DNA from: Malacoraja senta
Taxonomy: Eukaryota
DNA: 64,000 nucleotides
NCBI GenBank assembly: GCA_038087875.1
Contig: CM075989.1
Coordinates: 10,790,001-10,854,000, forward strand
Reading direction: 5' to 3'
Each line of letters begins with the position of its first letter. Within the stretch, counting starts at the first letter, position 1. Below are positions 22,451 through 36,073 of the stretch, in pieces. The translations under genes were made by a program, and so were the position numbers. The notes below the pieces were generated by a model that had not been told where the DNA came from, searched no databases, and was given only the letters and a program-made list of their open reading frames with translations.

Positions 22451-23600
22451 CTGTCATGTCTACTCGCTCAGGCTGCTAGCAAAGGGGAAATAACCTTTGT
22501 GTCTGGAGAGCAATAATCAAAGGTTTATTTACAAATCAAACGACTGCAGCTCTTGAACATTTTGTACCTAGATAGGCAAATCCGTTAGTCAATAGAGTTG
22601 GGCAGCATTGCACCAGTATGAAGTGTTGGTTCACAAATGAACTTTGGCAAGGATAATGGGGAGAAGTCTCTTCTTCACAATAGCTTTGCTTATGACCATT
22701 CTAGAGGGTAGATGAGATTCTAGTTTAACATGTTAGAGGGCAAGAGGATCTGACGTGTTGACCCGTTTTGTTTTGTCTCTTGCACCTCCGTTCAGTTACA
22801 CATCTATAACCAGCCTAAAGCTACTGGGATAGGCTGAGGGGCTGAATGTCCCCCTTCTATTTTATACTTATCGTGCAGTGTTGCCAGCTTGGCCATGAGG
22901 GGAAATTTAAGCTAAAGACTAAAGAAAATAGGAGCAAGAATAGGCCATTCGGCCCCTCAAGCCTGCCCCACCATCAAATATGCCTGAGGCCTCAATTCTG
23001 CTAGCACCTTATTCCATCATCCACCTTTTTTCTTTCTATAACTGTGGCTACCTATCACCCAACTGCCATTATCCCCTAACTTTACTCCTCCCCTTTCCCC
23101 CGCTGCATCCATCTCCTGCTCCACCTGGCTCCACGTACGCCCTCTCCATTGCGGCAATCTCCCCACCACGTTCTCGGTCCTGATGCAAGGTCCCGACCAA
23201 AAAATATTGACCATCCCTCTGCTTCCTCAGTCTGACTTGCTGAGCTCCTCCAGAAGTTTGTCCTTTTGCTCCGCATAATCCTTAATTTCCTGATCTTTCA
23301 AAAATGTATCCACTTCTTTTAACGACCCTCAATGGTCCAGCCTCCACAGCCCTACGGGGCAGAGAGTTCAAGCATTTCACCGTCCCCCCCCCGTGAGAAC
23401 CAATGCAGAGAGACTCCATCCAAAAAGAGTCGGCCCCACACACAGCAAAATCACTGCACTCGTTGTCATCTAGCAGTGATATACTTGCTGTAAATATGTC
23501 AATCCTGTAACATGAACAGGCCCCACCCTGGTCTGCGTGATAGGCTTCTCTTTGCTGCAATCCAGCCAAGTTCAACCAAACCAAACCTCCAGATTCAGGG

Positions 23601-23685
23601 TACACAAAAATGCTGGAGAAACTCAGCGGGTGCAGCAGCATGTATGGAGCGAAGGAAATAGGCAACGTTTTGGGCCGAAACCCTT
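23601..23685 (-). mobile_element. 85-bp PLE terminal mini-insertion
   Basis: 14-bp TSD CTCCAGATTCAGGG at 23587-23600 and 23686-23699. Confidence 0.85.
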
Positions 23686-23999
23686 CTCCAGATTCAGGGA
23701 CAGTTCCTTCCCCGGTGTTATCAGGCAACTGAACGATTGTATCACCAACTAGAGAGCGGTCCTAACCTACCATCTCCCTCATATCCAGTGATCCATGGAC
23801 TATCTCTAATTGGACTGTACTGGGCTTTATCTTACATTCAACATCATTCCCTTTATCCTGTATCTGTACTCCGTGGACAGCTAGATTGGAATCATTCCCA
23901 TTCATTCCGCTTACTTGATCACATGCTACAAAGAAACAAAACAGCTTTTCACTGAACCTCGGTACACGTGACAACTAAACCAAACTAAGCTAAGCTAAA

Positions 24000-24315
24000 G
24001 TTTAGTTTAGTCTAGAGATACAGCACGGAAACAGGCCCTTCAGCCCACCAGATCTGCACTGACCAGCGATCCCCATACACCAGCACTATCCTATACACTA
24101 GGGACTATTTACAATCTTTAACCGAGGCCAATTAAGCTACAAACCTGTGCGTTTTTTGGGATGTGGGAGGCAACCGGAACACCCCGTGGTAGAAAACCCA
24201 GGTGGTCACGGGGAGAACGTACAAACTCCATACAGACAACACCCATAGTCAGGATCAAATCCGGGTCTCTGGTGCTGTAAGGCAGCAACTCTACCACTGC
24301 ACCACCATGCCGCTT
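24000..24315 (-). mobile_element. HE1-type V-SINE, full length
   Basis: Reverse-complement consensus ending ...CTCTACCACTGCACCACCATGCCGC. Confidence 0.9.
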
Positions 24316-24812
24316 TAAACTAAACTAAACTATTGAGACCCCCAAATTACACGTGGCGGAAATTGAATTTTGAAAATCCTTTTTGTGAGATATAAAATAA
24401 AAAACTATTCACAAAAAGCCAGGCTCAGCTGCAGATCAACCATGGTGATTTTCAACTGTGAGTTTTTTCGATGATGACGCCGGCCTTGGTGGATGGGCAG
24501 GTAATAATAGGCATGTTTTTTTTAAAGCTCTTAAGTCATCAGAAAGTTTTTATTCAGTCAGTAACTCAGAAGAATGAGTAGACCAATGAAGCCAATAGTG
24601 GCTCTCTGCTGTGCTTTAAGTCATTTTCAATCATTTACACACTGGTGGAGGCCAGACATTTATTAATAATATTTGCAGCAATACATTGAATATATTTTAA
24701 TATGATTTCTGCTTTAGTAGCAATGTAAATCAGCAGCTCAGTGTGAAGGGTCGTGGACAAATTTATATCTGCTGAATGTCTGTGGAACTGTGGCCAATAA
24801 AGTCATTTCTGG

Positions 24813-24996
24813 TAGCCAAAAGTGCTGGAGAAACTCAGTGGGTGCGGCAGCATCTATGGAGCGAAGGAAATAGGCAACGTTTCGGGCCGAAACTTTGCCT
24901 ATTTCCTTCGCTCCATAGATGCTGCCCAACCCGCTGAGTTTCTCCAGCACTTTTGTCTACCTTCGATTTTCCAGCATCTGCAGTTCCTTCTTAAAC
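24813..24996 (+). mobile_element. Fold-back PLE mini-element
   Basis: ~75-bp inverted arms with apex TTTCGGGCCGAAA (~24886), 36-nt tail, 13-bp TSD AAGTCATTTCTGG (24800-24812, 24997-25009). Confidence 0.9.
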
Positions 24997-25495
24997 AAGT
25001 CATTTCTGGGAACGGATTAAATGACTGCTCTCTGGAGGTCTGGTGTTTTGCCCAAAGCTTGGGCTCTTGGGTGGTGTCTCCAAGAACCAGACAAATACCA
25101 GTCTCTCCAATTTTGCCATGACGTTCACTGTTGGTTGGACCTTCCCTTCAGCTGCTGAATGTTTTTGCCCTGCTCGGTGCTCATCTGTCACCTGTATCCC
25201 AACTTGGACCAAGTCCAACTCCCCCGCCATCCTTACGTTTGCAGAGATACATCCCTGTCCAGCCGTGCCTCATCCCTCCATGGTAATATAGGGACCTTTT
25301 CTACCGTTCAATTACAGCATCCACTCAACACCATTTTCCTGCCCTTTCCCCATATTCTTTAATCCCTCTAAAATCCAGGTCCATCGGCCTGGGCTTTCAT
25401 CAGACAATGAGGGTCTGTAGCTCTCCAGGGAGACAATTCCAAGGATTCACCATCATCCCAGGGTAGAAATTCTCAATTGTGTCATAAAACCCTTA

Positions 25496-25805
25496 AGGCC
25501 CTGTCCCACTTTCCCGAGTTACTCACGAACTCTCCCGAGTTTTCCCCTTGATTCAAACTCGGGGAATGTCGGGGAATGTCGGTAGCGAGTCCGTAGATGT
25601 TTTGTAGCGGCTCGTAATGCCAGCCGTAGGAACTCAGGGGCATCAGGTAAGTCGGGACGTTTTTTCAACATGTTGAAAAATGTCCACGAGTAAAAGAAAC
25701 AGTCCCGAGTACCTACGAATGGCTATTACCGTAATTCTCCGAGTTCGAATCAAGGGGAAAACTCGGGAGAGTTCGTGAGTAACTCGGGAAAGTGGGACAG
25801 GGCCT
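25496..25805. mobile_element. PIF/Harbinger-type MITE
   Basis: ~65-bp near-perfect TIR AGGCCCTGTCCCACTTTCCCGAGTTACTCACGAAC...; TTA TSD at 25493-25495 and 25806-25808. Confidence 0.9.
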
Positions 25806-25999
25806 TTATTTTGAGACTGTGACCCCAATTCTAGATTCCTGAGACAGGGGAATATCCGACCCGTCACGCTCTCTATGAATTCTGTACCTTTCTCTGGTTC
25901 TCCTCTCATTCTTCTAAACTGTGACAAATCAAGGACTGGCCTATCCATTCTCCCCACATATGATAGATTTGCCACACCAGGAACTAGCCTGCTGAGCCG

Positions 26000-26208
26000 G
26001 CACACTAAGGACAATGTACAGAAGCTAATTAACCAACAAATCCTCACGTCTTTGTAATGTGGGAGGAAACCGGAGCACCCGGACAAATCCCACATGGTCA
26101 CAGGGAGAACGTACAAACTCTGTACATACAGCCCCCTTAGTTAGGATCGAACCCGGGTCTCTAGTGCTGTAAGGCAGCAACTCTGCCGCTGTGCCACAGT
26201 GCTGCCCT
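26000..26208 (-). mobile_element. HE1-type V-SINE, 3'-truncated
   Basis: TGTGGGAGGAAACCGGAGCACCCGG and GGATCGAACCCGGGTCTCT. Confidence 0.85.
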
Positions 26209-27149
26209 TAAATGTCTGTCATTTCTTGCAGCATAACTGTTAAAGTGTGTGTAAAGACCAATAGGGAGCTGAAGGCACAGACAATACCTTGGCTCAGAGC
26301 CTGCTGCTAATATTGTGTTAATTCCCAGCCCTTTGCCCTCATTCTTCAACGTGCCTTCGAGTAGAATCTGTTTAATTTATCCCCTGCTCTTTGCGCTTCA
26401 CTTCAATGATTTAAAAAAAAAGTATTTACAGCTTATGAATAATCACACCAATATCTACTTTCATTGTTCTATGGGCTATTAATTGAATGATGGATGCAGT
26501 GGGGGGGTTTTCAATTCAATAAGAACATTTCCTCTCACTGAGTGTGCACTTAAAAAAAATATCCACAGCAAAGCCATAAAATAACACAAACCTGAGGCAC
26601 TCATTTTGGATTCTACTAAAAGGTAAAATTGCAAACGCAGTTAATCAGACCATCATCCGTACTCCTAACAATCCCGTCACCCCTCTCTGCCCTCTACCTC
26701 TCACCTGTGGTCCATTGCTCACCTCAACAAGTTTAGAATTTCAAAAGCCTTTAGTTGGGAAAAATGGACTTTGACTGCCCTTGACCCCAATCTTTACCGT
26801 CACAGACACGTCTATTGCAAAACGTTCCTCCTCTGCTCTTCCATCTTCCCACTGTATTTTAACTTTCCCTTGCTTCTTTGCCCTTTGCTTTATGCTCAAT
26901 GACATGGATAGGACAGGTGTGGAGGGATATGGACCAAGCGCAGGCAAGTGGGACTAGTGTAACTCAGTGGGTCAGGCAGCATCCCTGGAGTAACATAGAG
27001 CGGTTTGTGGGTGGGACCCTTCTTCAGACTGGGTCAGGGTCCCGACACGAAACATCACTTATCATTGTGCTCCGGGGATGCTGCTTAACACGCTGAGTTA
27101 CTCCAGCACCTTGTGTGTTTTTTAAAAATAAACCAGCACCTGCAGTTTG

Positions 27150-27525
27150 ACAATAGACAATAGACATTAGACAATAGGTGCAGGAGTAGGCCATTTGGCC
27201 CTTCGAGCCAGCACCACCATTCAATGTGATCATGGCTGATCATCCCCAATCAGTACCCCGTTCCTGCCTTCTCCCCATATCCCCTGCCACTATTTTTAAG
27301 AGCCCTATCCAGCTCTCGAAAGCATCCAGAGAACCTGCCTCCACGCCCTATGAGGCAGAGAATTCCACAGACTCACCACTCTCTGTGAGAAAAAGTGTTT
27401 CCTCGCCTCCGTTCTAAATGGCTTACCCCTTATTCTTAAACTGTGGCCCTGATTTTGACTCCCCAACATCGGGAACATGTTTCCTGCCTCTAGTGTGTCC
27501 AAGCCCTTAACAATCTTATATGTTC
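27150..27525 (-). mobile_element. CR1/HER1 LINE 3' fragment
   Basis: (CAATAGA)n tail; reverse strand HSLRIRGKPFRTEARKHFFSQRVVSLWNSLP. Confidence 0.9.
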
Positions 27526-28269
27526 AAATAGACTTACCTTGGTACAAGATACAATTGTGCTCAAACATTCAGCTGCATCCCTTCCAGCTTCCCTCCGTAA
27601 CCTTTTCCAGCCATCAGCAGTTCGGGATCTCTGTGCTCTTCTATGATCACTTGTTCAGTCCCAGGTTTAATCACCCCTCCGCTATGGAATAATATAATCT
27701 GCTGTTAGCACTCCTGAGCTCTGATGATCCCTCCATAAACCCAATCTTTCCTCCTCAAAAACCTCTACCTTTAACCATGATGAAGGATCTCAAAAGCGAT
27801 AACTCTGTTTCTCTCTCTTCCAGCATTCCCTGCTTTTCTTTCAGTTTTCCAGTTGTTTTTGGAAAAACAAATAAAACTGCAGATGCTGGTTTACAAATGG
27901 AAACATGGGAGGAACTGTAGCAGCTGTGGAAAGAGAAACTAATTAATTTTTCAGATCAAAGTTATTTTTCCTCAGCAGTGATTTGATTTCCATCTTTGGC
28001 CCCACATTTAATCGCACATTCCAACCATTGTTGAAACAAGTAACTGCAGATGCAGGTTTTTAAAAAAAAAGATACAAAGTGGTGGTATAACTCAGTGGGT
28101 CATTCGGGTTAGGGACGCTTCTTCAGACTCAAGGTGGCCTCAGTCTGAAGAAGGATCCCGACCTGAAACATCACTATCCATGTTACTCCAGAGATGCTGC
28201 CCGACCTGCTGAGTTACACCAGCACTTTGTGCCTTTTATTCCCAACAGTTGCTATTTGGCAATGAACAT

Positions 28270-28457
28270 TTAAAAAAAAAAAAAATTCAAATAGACTTAT
28301 TCAAGTAATAAATATATACAATACATGTACCGTGCAAAAAACCTCATCTGACATTCTCAGAGGCTATACATACAGTTTCCCCAAATCGCAATTTTACCCC
28401 ACACCCTTGCCGCTCATGTGGCCCACTGGTGTGAAATCCATTCCCTTATTTTGAGAG
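28270..28457 (-). mobile_element. Short retroposed insertion (probable LINE 3' UTR, L1/Tx1-like)
   Basis: 9-bp TSD AATGAACAT at 28261-28269 and 28458-28466; A/T-rich end. Confidence 0.5.
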
Positions 28458-29128
28458 AATGAACATGCATAATGCCTCAGGACATTGTGAGGAAGTCAGT
28501 GTTCAAGCAGCTCGCATGACCCGCTGAGTTCCTCAGCAGTTTCTCTTCTACTCAAGGTTCCAGTATCTGCGGTCTCCTGTGTCTGCCCTGGCATCTTACT
28601 GCATGCTCTATACGTGCAAATTGCTGAGAATAATTCTCACCAAATCAAAGTTCTGCCCGGTAAATACCTCATCTGCATCACAAAGGCCTAATAAGCACCT
28701 GTGAAGGATACAGGAGACACTGGGTAATAGTTACGCCAATGAAGGACTTCAGAAGCGTTAATTGAGAATGCTTTGAATGAATTCCAATTACTCTTCACAG
28801 CAATGAACTGAAAGGGCTGCTGACTGAACGGCATGTGTGAGTTGTGACACTCTAATTACAGATTGTTCCTTCAAGTCTAGTAACATTACTTCCACATTGC
28901 TGCCCACAGAAGGAACCGCAGTTGTTAGTGAGCACACTTCAAAAAACAAACTGCTCGAGGAACTCAGCAAGTCAGGCTGCATTTGTAGAAATAAGCGGAC
29001 AGGCAACGTTTCAGCTCAGTTGTCTTCTTAAGGCTGATTGTAGAAGTGGGGATAAAGATGGAAGAGAAGTGGGTGGGGTGGGGGGGTGGTTGGAGGCGGG
29101 ATATGGGCAGAAGGGTGGAAGACAAAAG

Positions 29129-29522
29129 CAAAGTCCTATAGCTGAGCAAGATAGACCACTCCTGCTAAATGCAATGGGCTGACGTGTAGTACGCAACAGA
29201 ACGGAACGTGGCCCTTTTTTTCATCCATTTCCGTAACCGGACCTGACCCGACTCGCAGTGTAATCAACATTGCGGGGGAACAGTTTGTGTTAATAAATTA
29301 AAATTCTGAAAATGAGGAGAAGATTTTTACCAAATAACTTTTATTTTTACGAGGATGTTTCCGTAACCGGCTTCCGTCTCCGCACTAGTATCCTATGGGA
29401 TCTTTGGTGCGGAGACGGAAGCCGGTTATGGAAATGGGGCCTTAAATTACCCACGAATCTGCCCATGACCGTATTACGTCTTTTTCATCGAGTGGACTAT
29501 CTTGCTTGCTATAGGATCTTTG
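29129..29522. mobile_element. Non-autonomous DNA transposon (CA..TG ends, 8-bp TSD; P- or hAT-like), copy 2
   Basis: ~33-bp TIR CAAAGTCCTATAGCTGAGCAAGATAGACCACTC; TSD GACAAAAG at 29121-29128 and 29523-29530; colinear with 12124-12522. Confidence 0.9.
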
Positions 29523-29639
29523 GACAAAAGGGTTTGAGATTAGGAGAGAAACGCAAAATGTGAAGGCAGAAGTAGGGATGTAGGAGGCAGGAAACAGGGG
29601 AAGAGATAAATGGGGAGGCGGATAGTGAGAGAAATGGGT

Positions 29640-29850
29640 GTGTATCGGTGGCCAAGTCCATGCTTGGTCTCACTGATGTAAAGAAAGTCACATCAGGAGC
29701 AGTGAATGCCATAGAGGGGGTTAGAGGAGGCGCACGTGAACTCCATCTGACCTGGTTGAGCTGCTGGGGTCTCTGGATGGACTGAGGGATTTGAGGGAGG
29801 AGATATAGGAACAGGCGTGACATCTCCTGCAGTTGCAGAGGAAAGTATCG
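29640..29850 (-). pseudogene. PLE zinc-knuckle/GIY-YIG N-terminal coding remnant
   Basis: Reverse strand frames give TFLCNCRRCHACSYISSL and FTCASSNPLYGIHCS, leading into a YIGET-like segment. Confidence 0.7.
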
Positions 29851-30688
29851 GGGTGGGGGGGGGGGGGGTGGAGAGAAGGGATGAGTGAAGCAAGGAGTTC
29901 TTGAATTATGTCTGTTTTTGTAAACCAGCATCTGCAGTTCTTTGTGTCTACTTTTCCAAATGCGGTAGGTCTTGCAGGATATTGGAGCCACAATTGTACG
30001 CAGGAAGCTCTTGGAGAGGACAGAACAAGTAGCCTGTGTGATGTTGATTGAAGCTTCCATTTAGACCAGGACACTCTGGAGAATCTCCAGCTCTGCACCA
30101 AGATAGTGCCCGGGAATGTTTTATGTTCACCTTGTGAGGGCTTTCATTTTATTTCTCATCCAAAGGAAGCTGCCTCCTACATGACAGCACTGCAGCCACA
30201 CTGCACTGGGAGAGCTCTTGCATGCTTGAGTCTTGGGGTGGAGACTTTCAGAACATTTAGTTAAACACTTAAAATTCCACAGGTCATTTCCTAGGTCTAG
30301 AGCTGGAAAATAGGATTAGTGGCTAGCATGAGCATGGTGGACTGAAGGGTCTGTGTCTGTGCTGCGGTGACTCCATGACTTTCAAAATGTTAAAACAAGT
30401 TCTCTTAATGCATGGACTGGATGTTAATGTTTAACTTTATTTGTTAACTTCTTGTTAAGCAGCAATTAACATGCAACACGCCAGCACTTCCAACAACAGT
30501 TAACCTAGTTAATGGGTGATTAGTTAAATAGAATGGGGCTGGAGCCCAACGCTGAGGATGAACTGTTTGCTTCAGTGGATGAGCTGAAAAATCAGAGCAA
30601 GGATTAACTTCTGTTTATCCCCCCTCCCTACTGACTCTACAGGATACAAACATGTGAAGCCAAGTTCAGCAATTCCTTGAGATTAAGT

Positions 30689-30814
30689 GTTAAAGAAGGA
30701 ACTGCAGATGCTGGAAAATCGAAGGTACACAAAAATGCTGGAGAAACTCAGCGGGTGCAGCAGCATCTATGGAGCGAAGGAAATAGGTAACGTTTCGGGC
30801 CGAAACCCTTCTTC
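30689..30814 (-). mobile_element. PLE terminal mini-insertion with tail
   Basis: 9-bp TSD AGATTAAGT (30680-30688, 30815-30823). Confidence 0.85.
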
Positions 30815-31088
30815 AGATTAAGTAAATAGGTGCTTCACTTTGTGAATTTAAATGCAGAATAAAAGGGGAAAAAAAGATGACATTTAGATAGCACCTTCCA
30901 GGAAATTTCAAATACTTCTGGCCCAAGGTCCGTCTGAAATATATTTGTTGTGTGTACAGGAATAACGCAAGCCAATCTCCACATGGTAGGACCAAGGTAA
31001 TACAGAGATAACGTTTCTGCTAATGGTGATGGATGTGTATTAATCAGGAGATCACAAATCATTCAAAGAGTAACCTATTCATATTTTT

Positions 31089-31292
31089 GACACAAAAAGC
31101 TGAAGTAACTCAACGGGTCAGGCAGCATCTCTGGAGAAAAGGAATAGGTGATGTTTTGGGTCCAGACTCTTCTTCAGACTGAACCCAAAACATCAGCTAT
31201 TCCTTTTCTCCAGAGATGCTGTTCGATCCGTTGAGTTGCTCCAGATTTTTGTGTCTATCTTCGGTTTAAACCAGCATCTGCAGTTCCTTCCT
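31089..31292 (+). mobile_element. Fold-back PLE mini-element (second subfamily)
   Basis: GACACAAAAAGCTGAAGTAACTCAACGG... inverted to ...CCGTTGAGTTGCTCCAGATTTTTGTGTC, then tail TTCGGTTTAAACCAGCATCTGCAGTTCCTTCC. Confidence 0.8.
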
Positions 31293-31639
31293 AATCGATA
31301 ATATTTTTTGACTTGTTTTGTTTTTGGGATTTGGCAAGGAATGCCCCATCGTTAATTGCCCTTGGGGGTGAGCTGCTTCCTGAAACTGCTGCAGTCCCTC
31401 TGGAGCCATTGGGAGAGTAGATCCAGGATTTAGATCCCATGACGATGAAGGAATGGTACATTGCTATGCCACGTCAGGCTGTGACTGGGAGGGGAACCTG
31501 CAGATGGTGGTGCCTTGTCCTTCTCCATGGAGGAGGCGGTGGGTTTACGAGGAGACTGCCAGAGGAGTCTGGGTGAGTAACTGCAGTGTATTTTGTAGCT
31601 GACACATACTGCAGCCTCTGTGCACCAATGGTGGAGGGA

Positions 31640-32461
31640 ATCATCCTGATTGGACTGATCCAGGATGGGGAGGAACCTGCCTACAGACAGGAAGTGACAC
31701 AGCTGGCGTATTGGTGCCATCGCAACAACCTGGAGCTCAATGCTCTTAAGGCAGTGGAATTGATTGCAGACTTTCGGGGAGCTCCCCCCCACTCACCATC
31801 AACAACACCACAGTCACATCTGTGGAGTCATTTAAATTCCTTGGAACCATCATCTCCAGGGACCTTAAATGGAAGGCCACCATTGACTCCACAGTCGAAA
31901 AGGCCCAACAGAGGAAGTACTTCCTGCGGCAGCTGAGAAAACACAATCTGCCACAGGCAATGATGGTCCAGTTTATACTGCCATCATAGAGTCTGTCCTC
32001 ACCTTCTCCATCATGGTCTGGTTTGGCTCAGCCACCAAGCACGACATCCGGACACTGCAGCCCATCGTTCTCTCAGCCGTGAAGGTTGTTGGCTGCAACC
32101 TTCCCCCCATCGATGAACTGTACACTGCAAGGGCCAGGATGCGAGTGGGTAAGATCATCTCTGACCCCTCTCACCCTGGCCACAAACTCTTTGAAGCACT
32201 TCCCTCTGGAAGGTGACTGTCAAAGCCACCACAGCCAGACATAAACACAGCTTTTTCCCCATGAGCAGTAGCTCGACTCAACAGCCTAAAGTCTGTAGCC
32301 TCCTTTTGCTCTGGTATTTTATTTCATTCTTCACATGTTTAAATTATAATATATTATTCTTAATTGTCTACTGTATATCGTGTTGTTACTTGCGAGCAAA
32401 GCACCAAGGCAAATCCCTTGTGTGTATACATACTTGGCTAATAACATTTATTCAATTCAAT
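31640..32461 (+). mobile_element. Rex1/Babar LINE 3' fragment (RT C-terminus and 3' UTR)
   Basis: LIGLIQDGEEPAYRQEVTQLAYWCHRNNLELNALK...; MVWFGSATKHD...IISDPSHPGHKLFEALPSGR; tail CTAATAACATTTATTCAATTCAAT. Confidence 0.9.
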
Positions 32462-33509
32462 GTGTTTGACTTGGATGATATTCAATATTCTTCCGAGTTG
32501 TGTTCATCCAGGCAAGTGGAGAGTATTCCCTCACATCTTGATGTGCAGCTGATGGAAAAGCTCTGGGGTATCACTAGGTGACTTCTGACCTGAGGGAAGT
32601 GGTGGTACCTCTGTTTTAATGTCTCAGCCAAAAGGCAGAAAAGATGCACCAGGGAAGGACGATTATATATTTATGCTCAATACTCTCCAGTGGGATTTGA
32701 ACGCACAACCTTTTGACTGAGAAAGCAAGTGCCACCCATTGAGCCACGGTTGCCTCGAGAAGTGCGGTAAACAGTTCTAAAAATGGAGCATTCATCTGAA
32801 AGAAAATTATAAGAGTTCTTGAAGGAGATGTCAGGATAAAGTGTCCTCGGCATGGGACAAAGGAGGAATAATAGGAAGACCAAGAGGTTTAGGGAGGCAT
32901 GGCCAGTTTTGTTGCAATAAAATGTCCTGGTATTTGGGAAGAAAAAATCTTTCGCACACACTCATGCACAACCTCACTCCATTCTACTGCAGCCCTGAGA
33001 ACACTGTCGTTGCCTAAAGATAGACAGACACAAAATGCTGGAGTAACTCAGCGGGACGGGCAGCTGATCATCAGTCTGAAGAAGGGTCTCGATTTGAAAC
33101 GTCACCCATTCCTTCTCTCCAGAGATGCAGCCTGTCCCGCTGAGTTACTCCAGCATTTTGTGTCTATTTTCGGTTTAAACCAGCATCTGCTGTTCCTTCC
33201 TACACAATAATTGCCCAAATACATGCAGTCCCCTGGTACCTCTGTGCATGGGCACTAGGGGGTGCTGCTGCCCATCAGATGGGGCAGCGAGTAGGTAACT
33301 TCCCCACCTTGGCTCACAGGTCCAGATGCCCCCCTGAACATGCAACCTTCCCAACCGCTGAGTGGAAAGCCATGCGGGCATTTGGCCAGGAATATATCGT
33401 TACAAAATTGGAAGATGCCATTTGGCCCATCAGCCCCCTGCAAATCCATTTCTATTTTGGAAGCTGTGGTTGAATTTTCTTCCACTGCCAACTCCATCAA
33501 CATCAGTAA

Positions 33510-33942
33510 AGAGCCTGTCCCACTTGGGCAACATTTTCGGCGACAGCCTGAAAAGAGGTTGTCGCTGCGTGGTCGGGGCGTGACGCGGGGCGACGCATGT
33601 AGTGACGCGCGGTGTCTCCCTGCCGCCCCTGGATTTTGGAATGTTCAAAATTTTCAGGCAACATCTGGGTGTCTTATGTCATGCGCCCTGTCACACGCTG
33701 ACGTATGCTGTAATGCGGGTGACGGCCGGTCACACTGACGTTAAATAAACAATTTATTTCTTAAAAAGGTCCTTAGATTTATTGTAGATAAGTTCATTTC
33801 CAATGTGATTATTATACTTCATTGTAACCTTCCTGTGTTGTGAAGGCGGGTGACGCGGAGTGTCGTAAAACTTGACGGTTTTTAGGGCGTCAGTCGCTGA
33901 CGTCGTCAGTCGCCGAAAAAATCGCAAAGTGGGACAGGCCCT
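33510..33942. mobile_element. PIF/Harbinger-type MITE (CpG-rich interior)
   Basis: TIR AGAGCCTGTCCCACTT / AAGTGGGACAGGCCCT; flanks TAA / TAC (degenerate 3-bp TSD). Confidence 0.75.
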
Positions 33943-34149
33943 TACAGCCGACGGCTCTCTCTTGTCATTAGAACACTGCCAATGATGCACAATTATTTGC
34001 CATGTTTCCTCCAATCCAGCGATGGTACAATTCAATGGTTTTGACGGTCCATTATTGTTATATTTGCACAGCGCAGTGACATTCTTTTGCAAAACCCACA
34101 AATGCACAGTCGCCATATTTTGGGTGCTTGAGGACTTTGATTTGTTAAA

Positions 34150-34312
34150 CTCCAAAGAGGTACAGGTTTGTGGGTTAATTGGCTTGGTATAAATGTAAAA
34201 AATGTCCCTAGTGTGTGTGGGATAGTGTTAATGTGCGGGGAGCACTGGTCGGCTTCGACTCGGTGGGCCGAAGGGCCTGTTTCCACGCTGTATTTCTAAA
34301 CTAAACTGAACC
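34150..34312 (+). mobile_element. HE1-type V-SINE, 5'-truncated
   Basis: CTCCAAAGAGGTACAGGTTTG...GGGCCGAAGGGCCTGTTTCC. Confidence 0.85.
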
Positions 34313-35649
34313 AAACGGACTGTTTGCAATCAGGGTATTCTGATTAATCTCAGAATCACCAGAGTGCATCCCTCAGCGTTGGTAACTTCACAGAAAACTT
34401 GTCACTCCTTGTGCGGGTGGCCGGGACTAAGGTTCAGACACCATGGAGTCACTAATGGATCCAATTGGAATTCTGTTTTACCGGCCATCTTAAATCTGTG
34501 TCCTGTAGTTAGTCATAGAGACACAGCACAGAACAGGCCCTTCAGCCTATCTGTAATGTGCAGCCAGCACCCATCTTCTAACCCAGTCCTACCTAACCCA
34601 TTTTATTCTCCGCACGTTCCCATCAATTCCTCTCCCTTTCACCCTTCCCCACACCATTCCTCAATACATCTACACATTAGACAATCTAAAGTGGATCACG
34701 AGAATGTTTTCGGAAAATGGGGGAAATGTATATGCGGTCACAGGGAAAGCAATGCAACTTCCACGCAGACAACACTGGGGAGGTCAGGATCGAACCTGGG
34801 TCGCTGGAGCTTTGAGGCGGCAGCTGTACCAGTTATGTTCTCCATTCTTCAAGCCAGCGGGAACAGCTTTTTTTCCTCTGCTGACTTTGTCTGGACATTA
34901 ATTGAGAACAACTCCAGTTTCTATGATCTCCGCAGGGAGATTGTGGACTGGTCGTGGTGGTCCCACTGATCACATGTGAAAACACAGATGACTGGATTTG
35001 CTGAGATCCCCCACGGTCCACCACACCTTGCACAGACCAAAGAAGGGTCTCGACCCAAAACGTCTCCTATTCCTCTGCTCCATCGATGCTGCCTCACCCG
35101 CTGAGTTTCTCCAGCATTTTTATCTACCTTCGATTTTTCCAGCATCTGCAGTTCCTTCTTAACCACGTTATACATCGTTCTGATTGTAGCCTCTCTGCAC
35201 CGGAACTCATGTCAATGGCATATTGGAGGGAAGAATGATATCCATTTTATGGACACCAACAACAAGTCCCATCCCAATAATTCATAAGCAAACGAAAAAA
35301 CTGTCTGAAGAAGGATCCTGACACGAGACATTATCTTCATCAGTCTGAAGGAAGGTCCCAACTTGAAATGTCGTCTGTCCATTTTCCTGTACAGGTGCTG
35401 CCTGACTCGCTGAGTTCCTCCAGCACTTCGTTTCTTTATTCAAGATTCCAGCATCTGCAGCCTCTTGTGTTTCCACATGCTGGAAATCTGAAACAAAACT
35501 AGAAACGCTGGAAAAACTCAGTAGGTCAGGCAGCATCAGTGGAGTGAGCAGCAGAGTTAATGTAACAGGTCATTGACCTTTCATCAGAAACCCCCTCCTG
35601 ACCAATGGCCTGTTTCTCTATCCACAGATGCTGCCCCATTGACTGAGTG

Positions 35650-36073
35650 AGGCCCAGTGCAAATTGGAAGAACAGCACCTCATATTTCGCTTGGGCAGCT
35701 TACACCCCAGTGGTATGAACATTGACTTCTCTAACTTCAAATAACCCTTGCTTTTCCTCTCCACCCCTCCCCCTTCCCAATTCTCCTACTGTCTCTGACT
35801 ACAGTTTATCTCTGTTAGCTTTGATGTTACCTTATCCCCGCTAACAATGATCTATTCTACATTTTCCATGATCTCGATTCCCTTTGTCCTGTTTTCACAC
35901 CTTACACTCCTTATCTATGTATCTCCCTCTCCCCTGACATCAGTCGGAAGAAGGGTCTTGACCCAAAACCTCACCCATTCCCTCTCCCCAGAAATGCTGC
36001 ATGCCCCTCTGAGTTACTGCAGCATTTTGTGTCTCTTCGGTTTAAACCAACATCTGCAGTTCCTTCCTACACA
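35650..36073 (+). mobile_element. Penelope-like element 3' fragment
   Basis: KLEEQHLIFRLGSLHPSGMNIDFSNFK coding, 3' UTR, GAAGAAGGGTCTTGACCCAAAAC core and tail. Confidence 0.85.

Noticed and set aside
24435..24500. AG...GT bounded segment resembling a small exon
   Set aside because: Stop codons in all three frames.
33540..33930. CpG-rich patch resembling a CpG-island promoter
   Set aside because: Lies wholly within a TIR-bounded MITE; the patches at 46.3-46.75 kb and 63.3-63.9 kb are likewise inside retroelements.
34364..34969. 201-aa ORF
   Set aside because: Runs largely through an antisense degenerate HE1 SINE; GTG start, no domain.
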